From contig JADHNL010000001.1 in the NCBI GenBank assembly GCA_016779525.1, positions 13,109-77,108 of the forward strand: a DNA stretch of 64,000 nucleotides, read 5' to 3'. The translations under genes were made by a program, and so were the position numbers. Under the pieces are notes generated by a model that did no database searches, was not told the origin of the DNA, and saw nothing but the letters and a program-made list of their open reading frames with translations. Of this stretch, positions 30,509 to 39,685 are shown in pieces. Positions within the stretch are counted from its first letter, which is position 1; each line of letters starts with the position of its first letter. This stretch comes from SAR86 cluster bacterium (GTDB lineage: Bacteria; Pseudomonadota; Gammaproteobacteria; Magnimaribacterales; TMED112).

Positions 30509-31635
30509 TTCCCTATGGCAAGCAAGATATAGATCAAGACGACATCACAGAGGTCGTAAATGTTTTAAAATCTGATTTCTTAACTCAAGGCCCAAAAATT
30601 TTAGAATTTGAAGACAGCATATCAAGATATGTTGGTAGCAGATTCACTGTTGCTGTCAATTCTGCCACTTCCGCATTACATCTTGGATGTCTAGCGCTTG
30701 GTGTAGAAAAAAAAGATTTAGTGTGGACATCATCAAATTCATTTGTAGCGTCATCAAATGCCGCATTGTATTGCGGTGCAGAGATTGATTTTGTTGACAT
30801 AGATTCGAGAAATAACAATATGTGCACAGAAGCACTTGAAAAGAAATTGGTAACTGCTAAAAAGAAAGGAATGATTCCTAAAGTTGTAATTCCTGTTCAT
30901 CTTGGGGGGTTGTCATGCGATATGAAAAAAATTTTTGATCTGTCAAAAGATTTTGGTTTCAAAATCATTGAAGATGCAAGTCACTGTATTGGTGGCGATT
31001 TTGATGATGAAAAAATAGGTTCTTGCAAATATTCAGACTTATGTGTTTTTAGCTTTCATCCAGTAAAAATAATAACTACAGGAGAAGGAGGCGCAATCAC
31101 TACAAACTCACAAACTTTAGCAAAAAAAATTACTGCTCTTCGTAGCCATGGAATAACTAGAAATAAAGAAGAATTTAAAAAATGTTTTGTTCCAGATTGG
31201 TATTATCAACAACATTTTCTGGGCTTTAATTACAGAATTACTGATTTGCAAGCAGCCCTTGGGATCTCACAACTAAAACGAATAGACAGCTTTATTAAGA
31301 AAAGAAGAAAAATTGCAAAATATTTTACAGAAAATTTAAATGCTGACTTTAAAACTATCACTACAGAAGAAATAAAGATCTCTTCAAACCACTTATTTAT
31401 TATAAAAAATAACCGCAGAGACGAACTAAGAGAATATTTACTTAAACATGAAATATTTACCACATTGCATTATTTTCCGATACATCTGCAACCTTTTTAT
31501 GCCTCAATGGGGTTCAAATTAGGTGATTTTCCAAATACTGAAAAATATGGAGATGAAGCTCTTTCAATTCCTATCCATACAAACCTTAACGAACATGATG
31601 TGAACTATATTGTTGAAGTAGTAAACAAATTCTGA
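30505..31635 (+). CDS. pseC: UDP-4-amino-4,6-dideoxy-N-acetyl-beta-L-altrosamine transaminase (DegT/PseC family)
   Basis: 376-aa ORF. The N-terminus IPYGKQDIDQDDITEVVNVLKSDFLTQGPK is typical of PseC. SFHPVKIITTGEGG contains the PLP lysine. Confidence 0.85.
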   Translation: MIPYGKQDIDQDDITEVVNVLKSDFLTQGPKILEFEDSISRYVGSRFTVAVNSATSALHLGCLALGVEKKDLVWTSSNSFVASSNAALYCGAEIDFVDIDSRNNNMCTEALEKKLVTAKKKGMIPKVVIPVHLGGLSCDMKKIFDLSKDFGFKIIEDASHCIGGDFDDEKIGSCKYSDLCVFSFHPVKIITTGEGGAITTNSQTLAKKITALRSHGITRNKEEFKKCFVPDWYYQQHFLGFNYRITDLQAALGISQLKRIDSFIKKRRKIAKYFTENLNADFKTITTEEIKISSNHLFIIKNNRRDELREYLLKHEIFTTLHYFPIHLQPFYASMGFKLGDFPNTEKYGDEALSIPIHTNLNEHDVNYIVEVVNKF

Positions 31636-31637
31636 AT

Positions 31638-32312
31638 ATGAAAATCTTGACAATTATTCCAGCAAGAGGCGGTAGTAAAAGAATTGAGAAGAAAAATATA
31701 AAACCCTTTCTTGGAATGCCCATGATGGCTTGGCCAATAAAATCATTAAAAGACTCTAATATTGAAATGGATATTGTAGTGTCATCAGATGATAAAGAGA
31801 TCTTGCAAATTGCAGAAGAGCTTGGGGTAGAAGCAGTTAAAAGGGATGAAAAATTATCCGATGACTATACAACTTCAATGGAAGTAGTTAATGATTATGT
31901 AGAATCCATTGGAAATATCTATGATCTGATAATTAAGATATATCCGACAACGCCGTATTTAGATATTTCAGCATTAAAAAAAGGGATAGAGTTAATTACT
32001 GCAGAAAAAAATGCCTTCTCTCTTGCTAGTATTAAAGAATTTCCTCACCCTATCTCAAGGAAACTTATAAATGAAAATAAATTTGCAAGATTTAAAGACA
32101 AAAAATATGCAAAGCAAAGGACTCAAGATTGTGAAAAGTATTACTATGATGCAGCAAATTTTTATATTTTTAAAAAAAGATTCTTTGAAGAGAGTATGGA
32201 TATTTTTGATGGCTCCACTATTGGAGTTGAGGTTGATAAGATGTTATGTGTTGACATAGACAATACCGAAGATTGGAAATTGGCCGAAAGGCTTATAAAG
32301 TTTAGTGTATAA
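31638..32312 (+). CDS. pseF: Pseudaminic acid cytidylyltransferase (CMP-NeuAc synthetase family)
   Basis: 224-aa ORF with ILTIIPARGGSKRIEKKNIKPFLG and VVSSDD, lying directly after pseB-pseC. Confidence 0.78.
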   Translation: MKILTIIPARGGSKRIEKKNIKPFLGMPMMAWPIKSLKDSNIEMDIVVSSDDKEILQIAEELGVEAVKRDEKLSDDYTTSMEVVNDYVESIGNIYDLIIKIYPTTPYLDISALKKGIELITAEKNAFSLASIKEFPHPISRKLINENKFARFKDKKYAKQRTQDCEKYYYDAANFYIFKKRFFEESMDIFDGSTIGVEVDKMLCVDIDNTEDWKLAERLIKFSV

Positions 32313-32322
32313 TCACTAAGCT

Positions 32323-32396
32323 GGCTGAGTGGCAGAGTGGTTATGCAGCGGACTGCAACTCCGTTTACATCGGTTCGATTCCGTTCTCAGCCTCCA
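32323..32396 (+). tRNA. tRNA-Cys (anticodon GCA)
   Basis: 74 nt folded by hand. Acceptor GGCTGAG/CTCAGCC; anticodon stem GCGGA/TCCGT; loop CTGCAAC; T-loop TTCGATT; encoded CCA. One U-U mismatch in the T stem. The layout closely matches E. coli tRNA-Cys. Confidence 0.88.
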
Positions 32397-32477
32397 AATA
32401 CCTAAAGCGTAATTTTTTACAAGTTTAGAGTATTTAATTTTGAGTTAAATTAAAATAAATAACAAAATCTTTAATTT

Positions 32478-32564
32478 GCCCAGGTGGTGAAATTGGTAGA
32501 CACAAGGGACTTAAAATCCCTCGAAGGAAACTTCGTGCCGGTTCAAGTCCGGCCCTGGGCACCA
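32478..32564 (+). tRNA. tRNA-Leu (anticodon TAA)
   Basis: 87 nt. Acceptor GCCCAGG/CCTGGGC; anticodon stem AGGGA/TCCCT; loop CTTAAAA; long variable arm CGAAG-GAAA-CTTCG; T arm GCCGG-TTCAAGT-CCGGC; encoded CCA. Confidence 0.92.
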
Positions 32565-32565
32565 A

Positions 32566-34236
32566 TTAAAGGTTTATTAAATAATTAATCCACTCTCTAC
32601 GCCACTTTTTTGAAGTTAAAGCATATTTTTCATTGAAGTTTTTTCTTAAATTCTGAATTTTTTGGCTCTGCCACCATTCACTTATATTCCTATTGTTTAA
32701 AAAATTGATAAGTTCAATATGGTTGTCGTGCCATATTGAATGAGATTTAAGCTCTTCAAAAGTTTCTTCTGCATCTTTTTCCATGGGGTAAAGCTCTTTA
32801 TCCCAAAACAAAAATGTAGGCACATTTGCACTCATTGCTATATTTAATGTTGTACCTGGGTGATCTAAAATCAGACATTTACAACCTAAAAGTCTATCAT
32901 GAAAGTTTCCTTTTAATATTTTTAGATTATTGATATTTGATTGAAAAAATTCTAAAGCTGCTATTGCTCCATCTTTTTTTGGATGGGGCCTGTAAAAGAA
33001 TTCAATATCATAACTTTGCATCTCTTCCATAAGATTAAGCTGTTTATAAAGCAATCTATGCCATTCAAGTTGAGTTGGGCTTGGCGATAAGTACCTATTT
33101 ACATTATTCATTCTTGTAGTAGCAAGTAATACAGACTCACTATTTTGCTTATATTTATCCTTAAACTTTGTTAAGTATGGTGATGGGAGCCTATCAAAAA
33201 CTGCTTTATAGTTAGAGTGGTTTTGCCAGCCCCAAGTTATAAACCTAAATTGAGAAAATTCATTCTCATAAACCTCCTCACAGTGTCTTGCAAAACCATA
33301 ACTGCCACCACCATGTTGAAAGCCTACTAACTTATCCCCTCTAGATAATGCATTAGCTATTCTTAATCTGTATTTATCATCGACCCTCATTATGTGTGAA
33401 CCTAGTAAAAATTTTGATCTTTTAGCTTTTTTAAAAGTTGTTTTAGGTAATTTCTTTAAACTCTTAATGCTTTTAGGCATTGTCAGATAAAATAATTTTT
33501 CTATTGGTATGAAGTTCAAACCATGAATATCTAATTTCTTTTCGCTTAAAATTCTATCTTGCCTCTTTGATTCTGTTTTAAATGAATTAAAAAATAAAAT
33601 TGCTGAAGCTACCAGTTGCTCAAGAAGGCTAAAACCATATACCCTTTGTGCCCTCAAAAAACTCCTGCTAAGATCAATAAAAAATTCTTTAAAGGACTTT
33701 AGTTTTTTTGCTTTTTTATTAAAAAAAAACTTTTTTTTAGTTTCTCTAATTATAAATTCATTTGAGGTATTTCTAATAACTAGTGAAGTAAGCCATTCAT
33801 TAAAATCTACTGAATTTAAAGAGTCATGAATATCAACTGTTTCTAGAAAACCGATTTGATCTTCATTACAAATAATTTTTACAAAAACCTGCTTTGAATA
33901 GCTATGTTGAAATTTCTTTAGTTGCATATACTTTTCTAGATAGCTCTGAATAACTAGAATTAACCATGGGTACATAATTGTCTTGTAGAATATGTAATTT
34001 TGATTCAAATCAAATTCGTTATTAAACTTGTCAACATTTGTTTTAATAAAGTTTTTAACAAATAATGATGATCTTTTATCAAGCTCTTCAAAATCAATTT
34101 CTCTTCTTTCTATAAAAGAAAATATCTCATATTTGTTAAAATTTTTATCTCCGGCTGGTAAGGAGTATGTATTGAAAAGTACATGCTTTTTTGGATTAAA
34201 ATTTTTCGGCAAGGAGCCTATTATTAACTGCTTCAT
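32566..34236 (-). CDS. Large uncharacterised transferase-like protein (candidate nonulosonic/ulosonic-acid transferase)
   Basis: 556-aa ORF with no family I recognise confidently. The C-terminal half has GT-B-like features: GFQHGGGSYGF, FFYRPHPKKDG (an HP motif like bacterial sialyltransferases) and LILDHPGTTLNIAMSANVPTFLFW. Its stop codon lies 1 nt from the tRNA-Leu 3' end. Confidence 0.3.
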   Translation of the reverse strand: MKQLIIGSLPKNFNPKKHVLFNTYSLPAGDKNFNKYEIFSFIERREIDFEELDKRSSLFVKNFIKTNVDKFNNEFDLNQNYIFYKTIMYPWLILVIQSYLEKYMQLKKFQHSYSKQVFVKIICNEDQIGFLETVDIHDSLNSVDFNEWLTSLVIRNTSNEFIIRETKKKFFFNKKAKKLKSFKEFFIDLSRSFLRAQRVYGFSLLEQLVASAILFFNSFKTESKRQDRILSEKKLDIHGLNFIPIEKLFYLTMPKSIKSLKKLPKTTFKKAKRSKFLLGSHIMRVDDKYRLRIANALSRGDKLVGFQHGGGSYGFARHCEEVYENEFSQFRFITWGWQNHSNYKAVFDRLPSPYLTKFKDKYKQNSESVLLATTRMNNVNRYLSPSPTQLEWHRLLYKQLNLMEEMQSYDIEFFYRPHPKKDGAIAALEFFQSNINNLKILKGNFHDRLLGCKCLILDHPGTTLNIAMSANVPTFLFWDKELYPMEKDAEETFEELKSHSIWHDNHIELINFLNNRNISEWWQSQKIQNLRKNFNEKYALTSKKWRREWINYLINL

Positions 34237-34435
34237 AAAATTTAAGTACTTATATTGTAAACAATTTGAAATGCCTTTAATTAAGTTATTTTCCGTGAGT
34301 TGATTAAGATATAGTTTTCTCCTTTTCTAATTTCCATTTACAATTCTATGAAGGAAAAGCTGTTAACAAATTAAAATACTTTTATTTGTTTAAATTAACT
34401 CTAGCCGATAAAAGGCTTTCAGCGTAAATGAGGAA
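34237..34435. promoter_or_regulatory. Divergent intergenic region, presumed to hold promoters for 32566-34236(-) and the Wzx-led operon (+)
   Basis: This is the only sizeable non-coding gap (199 nt) in this part of the locus and sits between divergently oriented genes. It is very AT-rich. I did not identify specific -35/-10 boxes with confidence. Confidence 0.3.
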
Positions 34436-35947
34436 GTGAAGAAAAGTAATTTTATACAAAGAATTAAGGATACATATAGTTGGAACTTTATTTCTAACAT
34501 TTTAAATTTTGGATCTTTAATCTTTGCTTCAAGTCTAATTTCTACAAATTCTGAGGTTTTTGCAGTTTACTCAGTTGTATTTTCTTTATTTTATCTTATT
34601 GGTTATTTTGATTTTGGCTTTACTTCTTCTGCAATAAAGTTTTACTCAGAATATTATCAAATTAATGAAGATAAAGGCTATCAAATTTTAGGTTTTATTT
34701 TTTTTATCTTTCTAGTGCTAGGAGTTCTATTTGCTACATTCTTTATCTTTTTAGGATCTTCAAACCTAATGAGTGCTTACTATGGTGGCGAGAGTTTAAA
34801 GATCTTTCAGTCATTAATTTCTGTTAGTGCTTTATTTGTATTCACAATCGCAATAAAAAAGTTAGGTGATGTTTTTTATACTTCAACAATTCAAACCTAT
34901 ATACAACAAAAGGCAATAGCTATAGGTTCTATCGTTAAAATTCTTTTATGCTTTTACTGTTTTATCTATAAAGATTACCTTATATACCAATACTTTCTAG
35001 GCTTTTTAACTATTGAATTGTTTGTTGCTCTTTACCTTTTCTACAGAATTGTAGATAGTCAGCTTAACTTCGCCTTAATTGCTAGAAATATAAAATTTAA
35101 CCGCAAAATATTTAAAGAACAGTACCAATTGGCTGCTGCAACAATTTTTGGTGCACTTGTCGCAATTATTTGCTATGAAAATGACGTTCTCATTGCTCAA
35201 TTAATTTTTGATGCTAGTCAGGTCTATTTAGTATCAGCTATATTCTTTCTTGCGCTCCCAATTAAAAGAGTCATCAATATTTTCTTTATGCCTTTATCTC
35301 CAAGATTAAATCATTTTTATGGTAAAAATAATAACCAGAGTGTTAATTCATTATTTTTGTCTTCTATAGATTTGCTTAAATTATTTGCACCATTCTTTTC
35401 CTGCTTGATGTTGGCAACGCCTGAAATAATTTTCTTAATTTATGGCAATAGTTATATTGATGCAGTTGGGCTTTTTAACACTGTAATTTTTGCATTTTTA
35501 CTTATTTTTTTTAAATTTCCTTTAATCTCATATTTCAGAACATACTTAAAAACAAAGACCTTGCTTTTTTCTGCAATTTTAGATTTATGTTGCTTTTTAT
35601 TATTCTTATATTTAACAAAAAACTCCCTTGGCCTATATTCAATTTTTTTGGCAAAAGTTTTTTCTGGAGTCATCACAATAATTTATTTAACTGTTTCAGC
35701 AAAACACTTCACTTCTAAAATTTTTAGCTTATTTGCAAAGAGCTTCATATTCTTCTTCATGCCGATATTATTTTTTCTGCTCTTATGCCTCATATTTATC
35801 AATGATTCTCTAATAAGCATATATTTCAAGCCATCATTAATTAAAACATTATTTTTGATAATATCTTTTGCGCTTGCCCTAGTTATAGCTTACAACCAAA
35901 GGAATTTAGTAAAAAAAATTCTTATCCTATATAATTCCCAAGATTGA
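34436..35947 (+). CDS. Wzx-like polysaccharide flippase (MOP superfamily), copy 1
   Basis: 503-aa ORF with a GTG start. It is extremely hydrophobic, with about 12 or more predicted TM segments, and has the size and context typical of O-unit flippases. Confidence 0.5.
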   Translation: MKKSNFIQRIKDTYSWNFISNILNFGSLIFASSLISTNSEVFAVYSVVFSLFYLIGYFDFGFTSSAIKFYSEYYQINEDKGYQILGFIFFIFLVLGVLFATFFIFLGSSNLMSAYYGGESLKIFQSLISVSALFVFTIAIKKLGDVFYTSTIQTYIQQKAIAIGSIVKILLCFYCFIYKDYLIYQYFLGFLTIELFVALYLFYRIVDSQLNFALIARNIKFNRKIFKEQYQLAAATIFGALVAIICYENDVLIAQLIFDASQVYLVSAIFFLALPIKRVINIFFMPLSPRLNHFYGKNNNQSVNSLFLSSIDLLKLFAPFFSCLMLATPEIIFLIYGNSYIDAVGLFNTVIFAFLLIFFKFPLISYFRTYLKTKTLLFSAILDLCCFLLFLYLTKNSLGLYSIFLAKVFSGVITIIYLTVSAKHFTSKIFSLFAKSFIFFFMPILFFLLLCLIFINDSLISIYFKPSLIKTLFLIISFALALVIAYNQRNLVKKILILYNSQD

Positions 35948-36903
35948 TGAACTTTTTAGTTACAGGTAGTGCCGGATTTATAGGATTTCATCTTAGTAAA
36001 AAGCTGCTAGAAGAAAACCATAATATTGTAGGTTTAGACAACCTAAATAATTATTATGATCCTAAATTAAAACACCAAAGAATCAGCTTGCTGTCAGATT
36101 TTAAAAACTTCGACTTTATCGAAAGTGATTTAAGTCTTATTGGCCAAGTTTCTGGGAAAAAAAAATTTGATGCTGTGATTCATTTAGCTGCACAAGCTGG
36201 AGTTAGAATTGCAAGAAAAAAATATGAAGATTATTTTCAATCTAATATTGATGGATTCAATAAAGCAATCAATTTTTGTATAGATAACGATATAAATAAA
36301 TTCATATATGCTTCCAGTAGCTCAGTATATAGCGGAGAGGAAAGCACCCCCTTTTTAGAGGCAAACAAATTATCTGCCCCAACCTCAATATACGCAGCAA
36401 CAAAAATGTGCAATGAAAATATCGCAAATATTTACTCAAATTTATATGGCCTTAGATCCATTGGACTCAGATTTTTCACTGTGTATGGTCCATTTGGACG
36501 ACCAGATATGGCCTATTTTAAGTTTTTAAAAAATATACTCGACGGCAAGACAGTTGATTTAATTAATTACGGTGAGATGTCTAGAGATATGACCTATATT
36601 GATGATATTGTAAATGGAATTTTTAATGCTATTCAGCATATAAATAGCTTGAATAGCTCAGAATCTCAAATCTTTAATCTTGGTAATGATAAGCCTATAA
36701 AAACAATTTATCTCTTAAACTATCTAGAAAAAATTGCTAATAAAAAAGCAAAAATAAATGAAATATTCACAAAAAATGAAGCTAAACACACACATGCCAA
36801 TATCACTAAAGCAAAAAATAGATTGAATTATTTACCACAAGTAGATTTTGAGAAAGGAATAGAAAAATTTTTTCAATGGTATTTGGAATTTTATAAATTA
36901 TGA
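35947..36903 (+). CDS. NAD-dependent nucleotide-sugar epimerase, UDP-glucuronate 4-epimerase-like
   Basis: FLVTGSAGFIGFHLSKKLLEENHNIVGLDNLNNYYDPKLK, HLAAQAGVR, YAATKMCNE (YxxxK) and RFFTVYGPFGRPDMA form a pattern typical of the Cap1J/LpsL-type UDP-GlcA 4-epimerases. A ugd gene is present in the same locus. Confidence 0.65.
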   Translation: MNFLVTGSAGFIGFHLSKKLLEENHNIVGLDNLNNYYDPKLKHQRISLLSDFKNFDFIESDLSLIGQVSGKKKFDAVIHLAAQAGVRIARKKYEDYFQSNIDGFNKAINFCIDNDINKFIYASSSSVYSGEESTPFLEANKLSAPTSIYAATKMCNENIANIYSNLYGLRSIGLRFFTVYGPFGRPDMAYFKFLKNILDGKTVDLINYGEMSRDMTYIDDIVNGIFNAIQHINSLNSSESQIFNLGNDKPIKTIYLLNYLEKIANKKAKINEIFTKNEAKHTHANITKAKNRLNYLPQVDFEKGIEKFFQWYLEFYKL

Positions 36904-37532
36904 ATGGATTTGATTTAAAAAATTATCATATTTTTTTTTGGGACTTTGATGGTGTTATAAAAAGATCTAATCAGATAAAAGTTGATGCGTTTAAACAACT
37001 TTTCAAAGATTCTGATTGTGTAGATAAAATTATAGAACATCATATACAGAACCAAGGTATCTCAAGATATGAAAAAATACCTCTTTACCTAATGATTTCA
37101 GGTAGGGATACGTCTAAACCAAATGTAGCTAAGTATATTCAGGAATTTTCAGATATTGTCGTAGATAAGGTTGTTCATTCAGACTGGATTCCCGGGGTGC
37201 TCCAATTTTTAGAAAAAACATCAGCAAAAGTAAATATCATCGTAACAGGAACACCTCAAAATGAAATTGAAATGATTCTTCAGCAGCTTAAACTTGATAA
37301 ACAATTCGATTATATTTATGGGGCTCCTCACAATAAAACAGACTCTATAAAAAATATAATTAGCAGCAATGATATTTGTATAAAAAAAATGATAATGATT
37401 GGCGATTCTATGGAAGATTTCAATGCCGCAGTTAAGAATCAAATTGATTTTATGTTAATTGAAAATGAATACAATTCCTTTATTGATAGAAAGAAATGTA
37501 TGATTTGTGCGAGCGATTTCCTTGATTTATGA
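36900..37532 (+). CDS. HAD-superfamily hydrolase/phosphatase
   Basis: 210-aa ORF with motif I FFWDFDGVIKRS and motif IV MIGDSMEDFNAA. Confidence 0.65.
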   Translation: MNGFDLKNYHIFFWDFDGVIKRSNQIKVDAFKQLFKDSDCVDKIIEHHIQNQGISRYEKIPLYLMISGRDTSKPNVAKYIQEFSDIVVDKVVHSDWIPGVLQFLEKTSAKVNIIVTGTPQNEIEMILQQLKLDKQFDYIYGAPHNKTDSIKNIISSNDICIKKMIMIGDSMEDFNAAVKNQIDFMLIENEYNSFIDRKKCMICASDFLDL

Positions 37533-38146
37533 ATTTATCTCTTGAGGAAGCATCTTGTTCTTACCAAGAATTATTTAACTTAGTTGCTAGTGGAAGTCCA
37601 AAGAGAGTTTTATTGGCAGGAGGGAAAACACCCATTGAATTCTACCGTAAATATTTATTTAAGTTAAATGCAAACTTTGCTCTTACAGATGAGAGGATAA
37701 CTCCTGAGTTAAAAAGAAAAAATTATGAGTCATTAAGACCAATATTCCCTAGTTTGATAAATGTGAATTTTCCAAGTAAAGAAAAAGAAATCGCTGGAGG
37801 TATAGGTGAAATTAATGAACAGTATGAACGCTTCTTTCCTCCAGATATTTGTATTTTAGGAATGGGAGAAGATGGGCACTATGCATCAATTTTCCCAAAA
37901 ATGAAAATAATTTTTCAGGATGTTAATGACTTATTCATTTTTTCAAAACTCCCAAATGGCGAGTTAAGATTCTCTGTTACTAAAAAATATATCTGTATGT
38001 CAAAAAAAGTTTACTTGTTAATTGGTAAAGATAACGCAATGAAAAGAAAGCTTCTAGGAGAAAGCAGAACCAAGGAGTTCTTTAGTTTACCTATTTCCGA
38101 AATTTTATATGAATTTAGTGAAAAAATTAGCATAATTTATATCTAA
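37529..38146 (+). CDS. 6-phosphogluconolactonase / glucosamine-6-P deaminase (NagB/Pgl/RpiA-like) family protein
   Basis: 205-aa ORF with LLAGGKTPIEFYRKY, ALTDERITP and ILGMGEDGHYASIFP, the signature of Pgl/DevB-type enzymes. Confidence 0.65.
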   Translation: MNLSLEEASCSYQELFNLVASGSPKRVLLAGGKTPIEFYRKYLFKLNANFALTDERITPELKRKNYESLRPIFPSLINVNFPSKEKEIAGGIGEINEQYERFFPPDICILGMGEDGHYASIFPKMKIIFQDVNDLFIFSKLPNGELRFSVTKKYICMSKKVYLLIGKDNAMKRKLLGESRTKEFFSLPISEILYEFSEKISIIYI

Positions 38147-38949
38147 TGACTATTACAGCACTTGTAAAAAATTTTTTTGAAATGTGGAAGTTATTCCTCA
38201 GTCTTTTGGTAGGTGTTAATTTAGTTTGTATATTTTTACTTTTGTCAATTAAAGAAGAATTTAAATCTGAAAGCTATCTAGTTGAAAGCAAGCTGTCTCA
38301 AAATTCAAGTGGAGCAGGCTTAGGCGGCTTAGGAATATTGGCTAATTCACAAGATTCATATGACGCAGCTTTAGCAATTGAATACATGAAATCCAGAGAA
38401 TTCTTGTACTCATTTATAGAAAAATTTTCTCTACATGAGCATTACTTTCCAAGAAAACAGCTAGATGATATCTTGCTTGAGGAAACTTTTTTGCTTTTGA
38501 AAAATAAAGTTTCACTAAGTTCAGTTTCAGACTTTAGCAAAGTATATAAAATTAGTCTTAGATCATATAGTCCAGCATTTTCATCTGAGATGACTGAAAA
38601 TCTAATAGTAGAATTAAATTCACAGCTGGCTAAGAAAGAGTATTTAAAATCCAATGAAACTGCTGACTTTTTATTGCAGGAACTAGAAAAGACTAATGAT
38701 TCTGCATTAAGTAATAGCTTATTTCAATTGCTTAATGAGGAAGTAAGGCGAAAAACTCTGGCTCAAACTAATGAGAAAGAGTTTATATTCAGAGTTGCCG
38801 CTAAGCCATACCCTGAATTAAAAAGAGCATATCCTCCGTCTAGAATGATTGTGCTAATTTTAATCAATATTATTTTTACTATCCTATTTCTATTCAGCAT
38901 AGTTTTTTGGAAAACTACGAACGAAATTTTTAAAAAAGCAGCCCAATAA
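38146..38949 (+). CDS. Polysaccharide co-polymerase (Wzz/KpsE-like chain-length or export protein), short form
   Basis: 267-aa ORF. It has an N-terminal TM (LFLSLLVGVNLVCIFLLLSI), a predicted helical periplasmic region with YLVESKLSQ...GLGGLGILANSQDSYDAALAIEYMKSREFL, and a C-terminal TM after a P-rich turn (YPPSRMIVLILINIIFTILFLF). Confidence 0.45.
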   Translation: MTITALVKNFFEMWKLFLSLLVGVNLVCIFLLLSIKEEFKSESYLVESKLSQNSSGAGLGGLGILANSQDSYDAALAIEYMKSREFLYSFIEKFSLHEHYFPRKQLDDILLEETFLLLKNKVSLSSVSDFSKVYKISLRSYSPAFSSEMTENLIVELNSQLAKKEYLKSNETADFLLQELEKTNDSALSNSLFQLLNEEVRRKTLAQTNEKEFIFRVAAKPYPELKRAYPPSRMIVLILINIIFTILFLFSIVFWKTTNEIFKKAAQ

Positions 38950-38950
38950 G

Positions 38951-39685
38951 ATGAAAAAAAACCGTTTCAATAATGCTAATGTAGGATTTTTCTTAACAAT
39001 ACCAGATGAAATTGTTTGTGAAATATTTTGTAATTTATCCTATGATTTTTGTGTAATTGATTTAGAGCATTCAGTAATTGATCTAAAAAAATGCCAAAAT
39101 TTTATAAGAATTTGCAACTTAAAAGGAATCGAATGCTTGGTGAGACTAAGTTGTGATAGTGATGTTGAAATAAAAAAAGTATTAGACATGGGAGCTGATG
39201 GAATTATTGTTCCAATGGTAAAATCTCTGAGCCAAGCAAATGAAATAGTAAAAAATGTCTTCTATCCCCCAAAAGGGAGAAGGGGTATGGGTTTAGCAAG
39301 AGCTCAGATGTATGGAGAAAACTTTGAAAAAAATCTGAAAAAAAGTAGAAAAATAAAATTAATAGTTCAGTTTGAACATATTGATGTCCTTAATTGTTAT
39401 GAAGATATTTTATCTATCGAGGAAGTAAGTGGCTTCATGATAGGTCCATATGATTTTACTGCTTCAATGGGTTTGGCGGGAGAATTTGAGAATCCAATAT
39501 TCCTGAAACATATTAAAGATATAGAAGAAGCGAATAAAAAATTTAAAAAAATACAAGGTTTCCACTTAATTGAACCTGATAAAGAAAAATTTAGACAACT
39601 GTTGAGCAAAAATTATGATTTCATTGTCTACAGTCTAGACACTAAACATTTGCAAATATCTGGAGCAAGCATTTTCGATGAGTGA
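38951..39685 (+). CDS. HpcH/HpaI-family class II (pyruvate) aldolase
   Basis: 244-aa ORF with VIDLEHSVIDL, GADGIIVPMVKSLSQANEIV and YPPKGRRGMG, which match the HpcH/GarL/YfaU aldolase signature (D.EH ... PMV ... YPP.G.RG). Confidence 0.7.
   Translation: MKKNRFNNANVGFFLTIPDEIVCEIFCNLSYDFCVIDLEHSVIDLKKCQNFIRICNLKGIECLVRLSCDSDVEIKKVLDMGADGIIVPMVKSLSQANEIVKNVFYPPKGRRGMGLARAQMYGENFEKNLKKSRKIKLIVQFEHIDVLNCYEDILSIEEVSGFMIGPYDFTASMGLAGEFENPIFLKHIKDIEEANKKFKKIQGFHLIEPDKEKFRQLLSKNYDFIVYSLDTKHLQISGASIFDE

Noticed and set aside
36931-36950. T9 homopolymer near the 5' end of the HAD gene, and A9/T8 runs at about 33711-33740, considered as phase-variation tracts.
   Set aside because: A/T runs of this length are common throughout this AT-rich window, including in housekeeping genes. 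There are no G/C tracts or other hallmarks of contingency loci.
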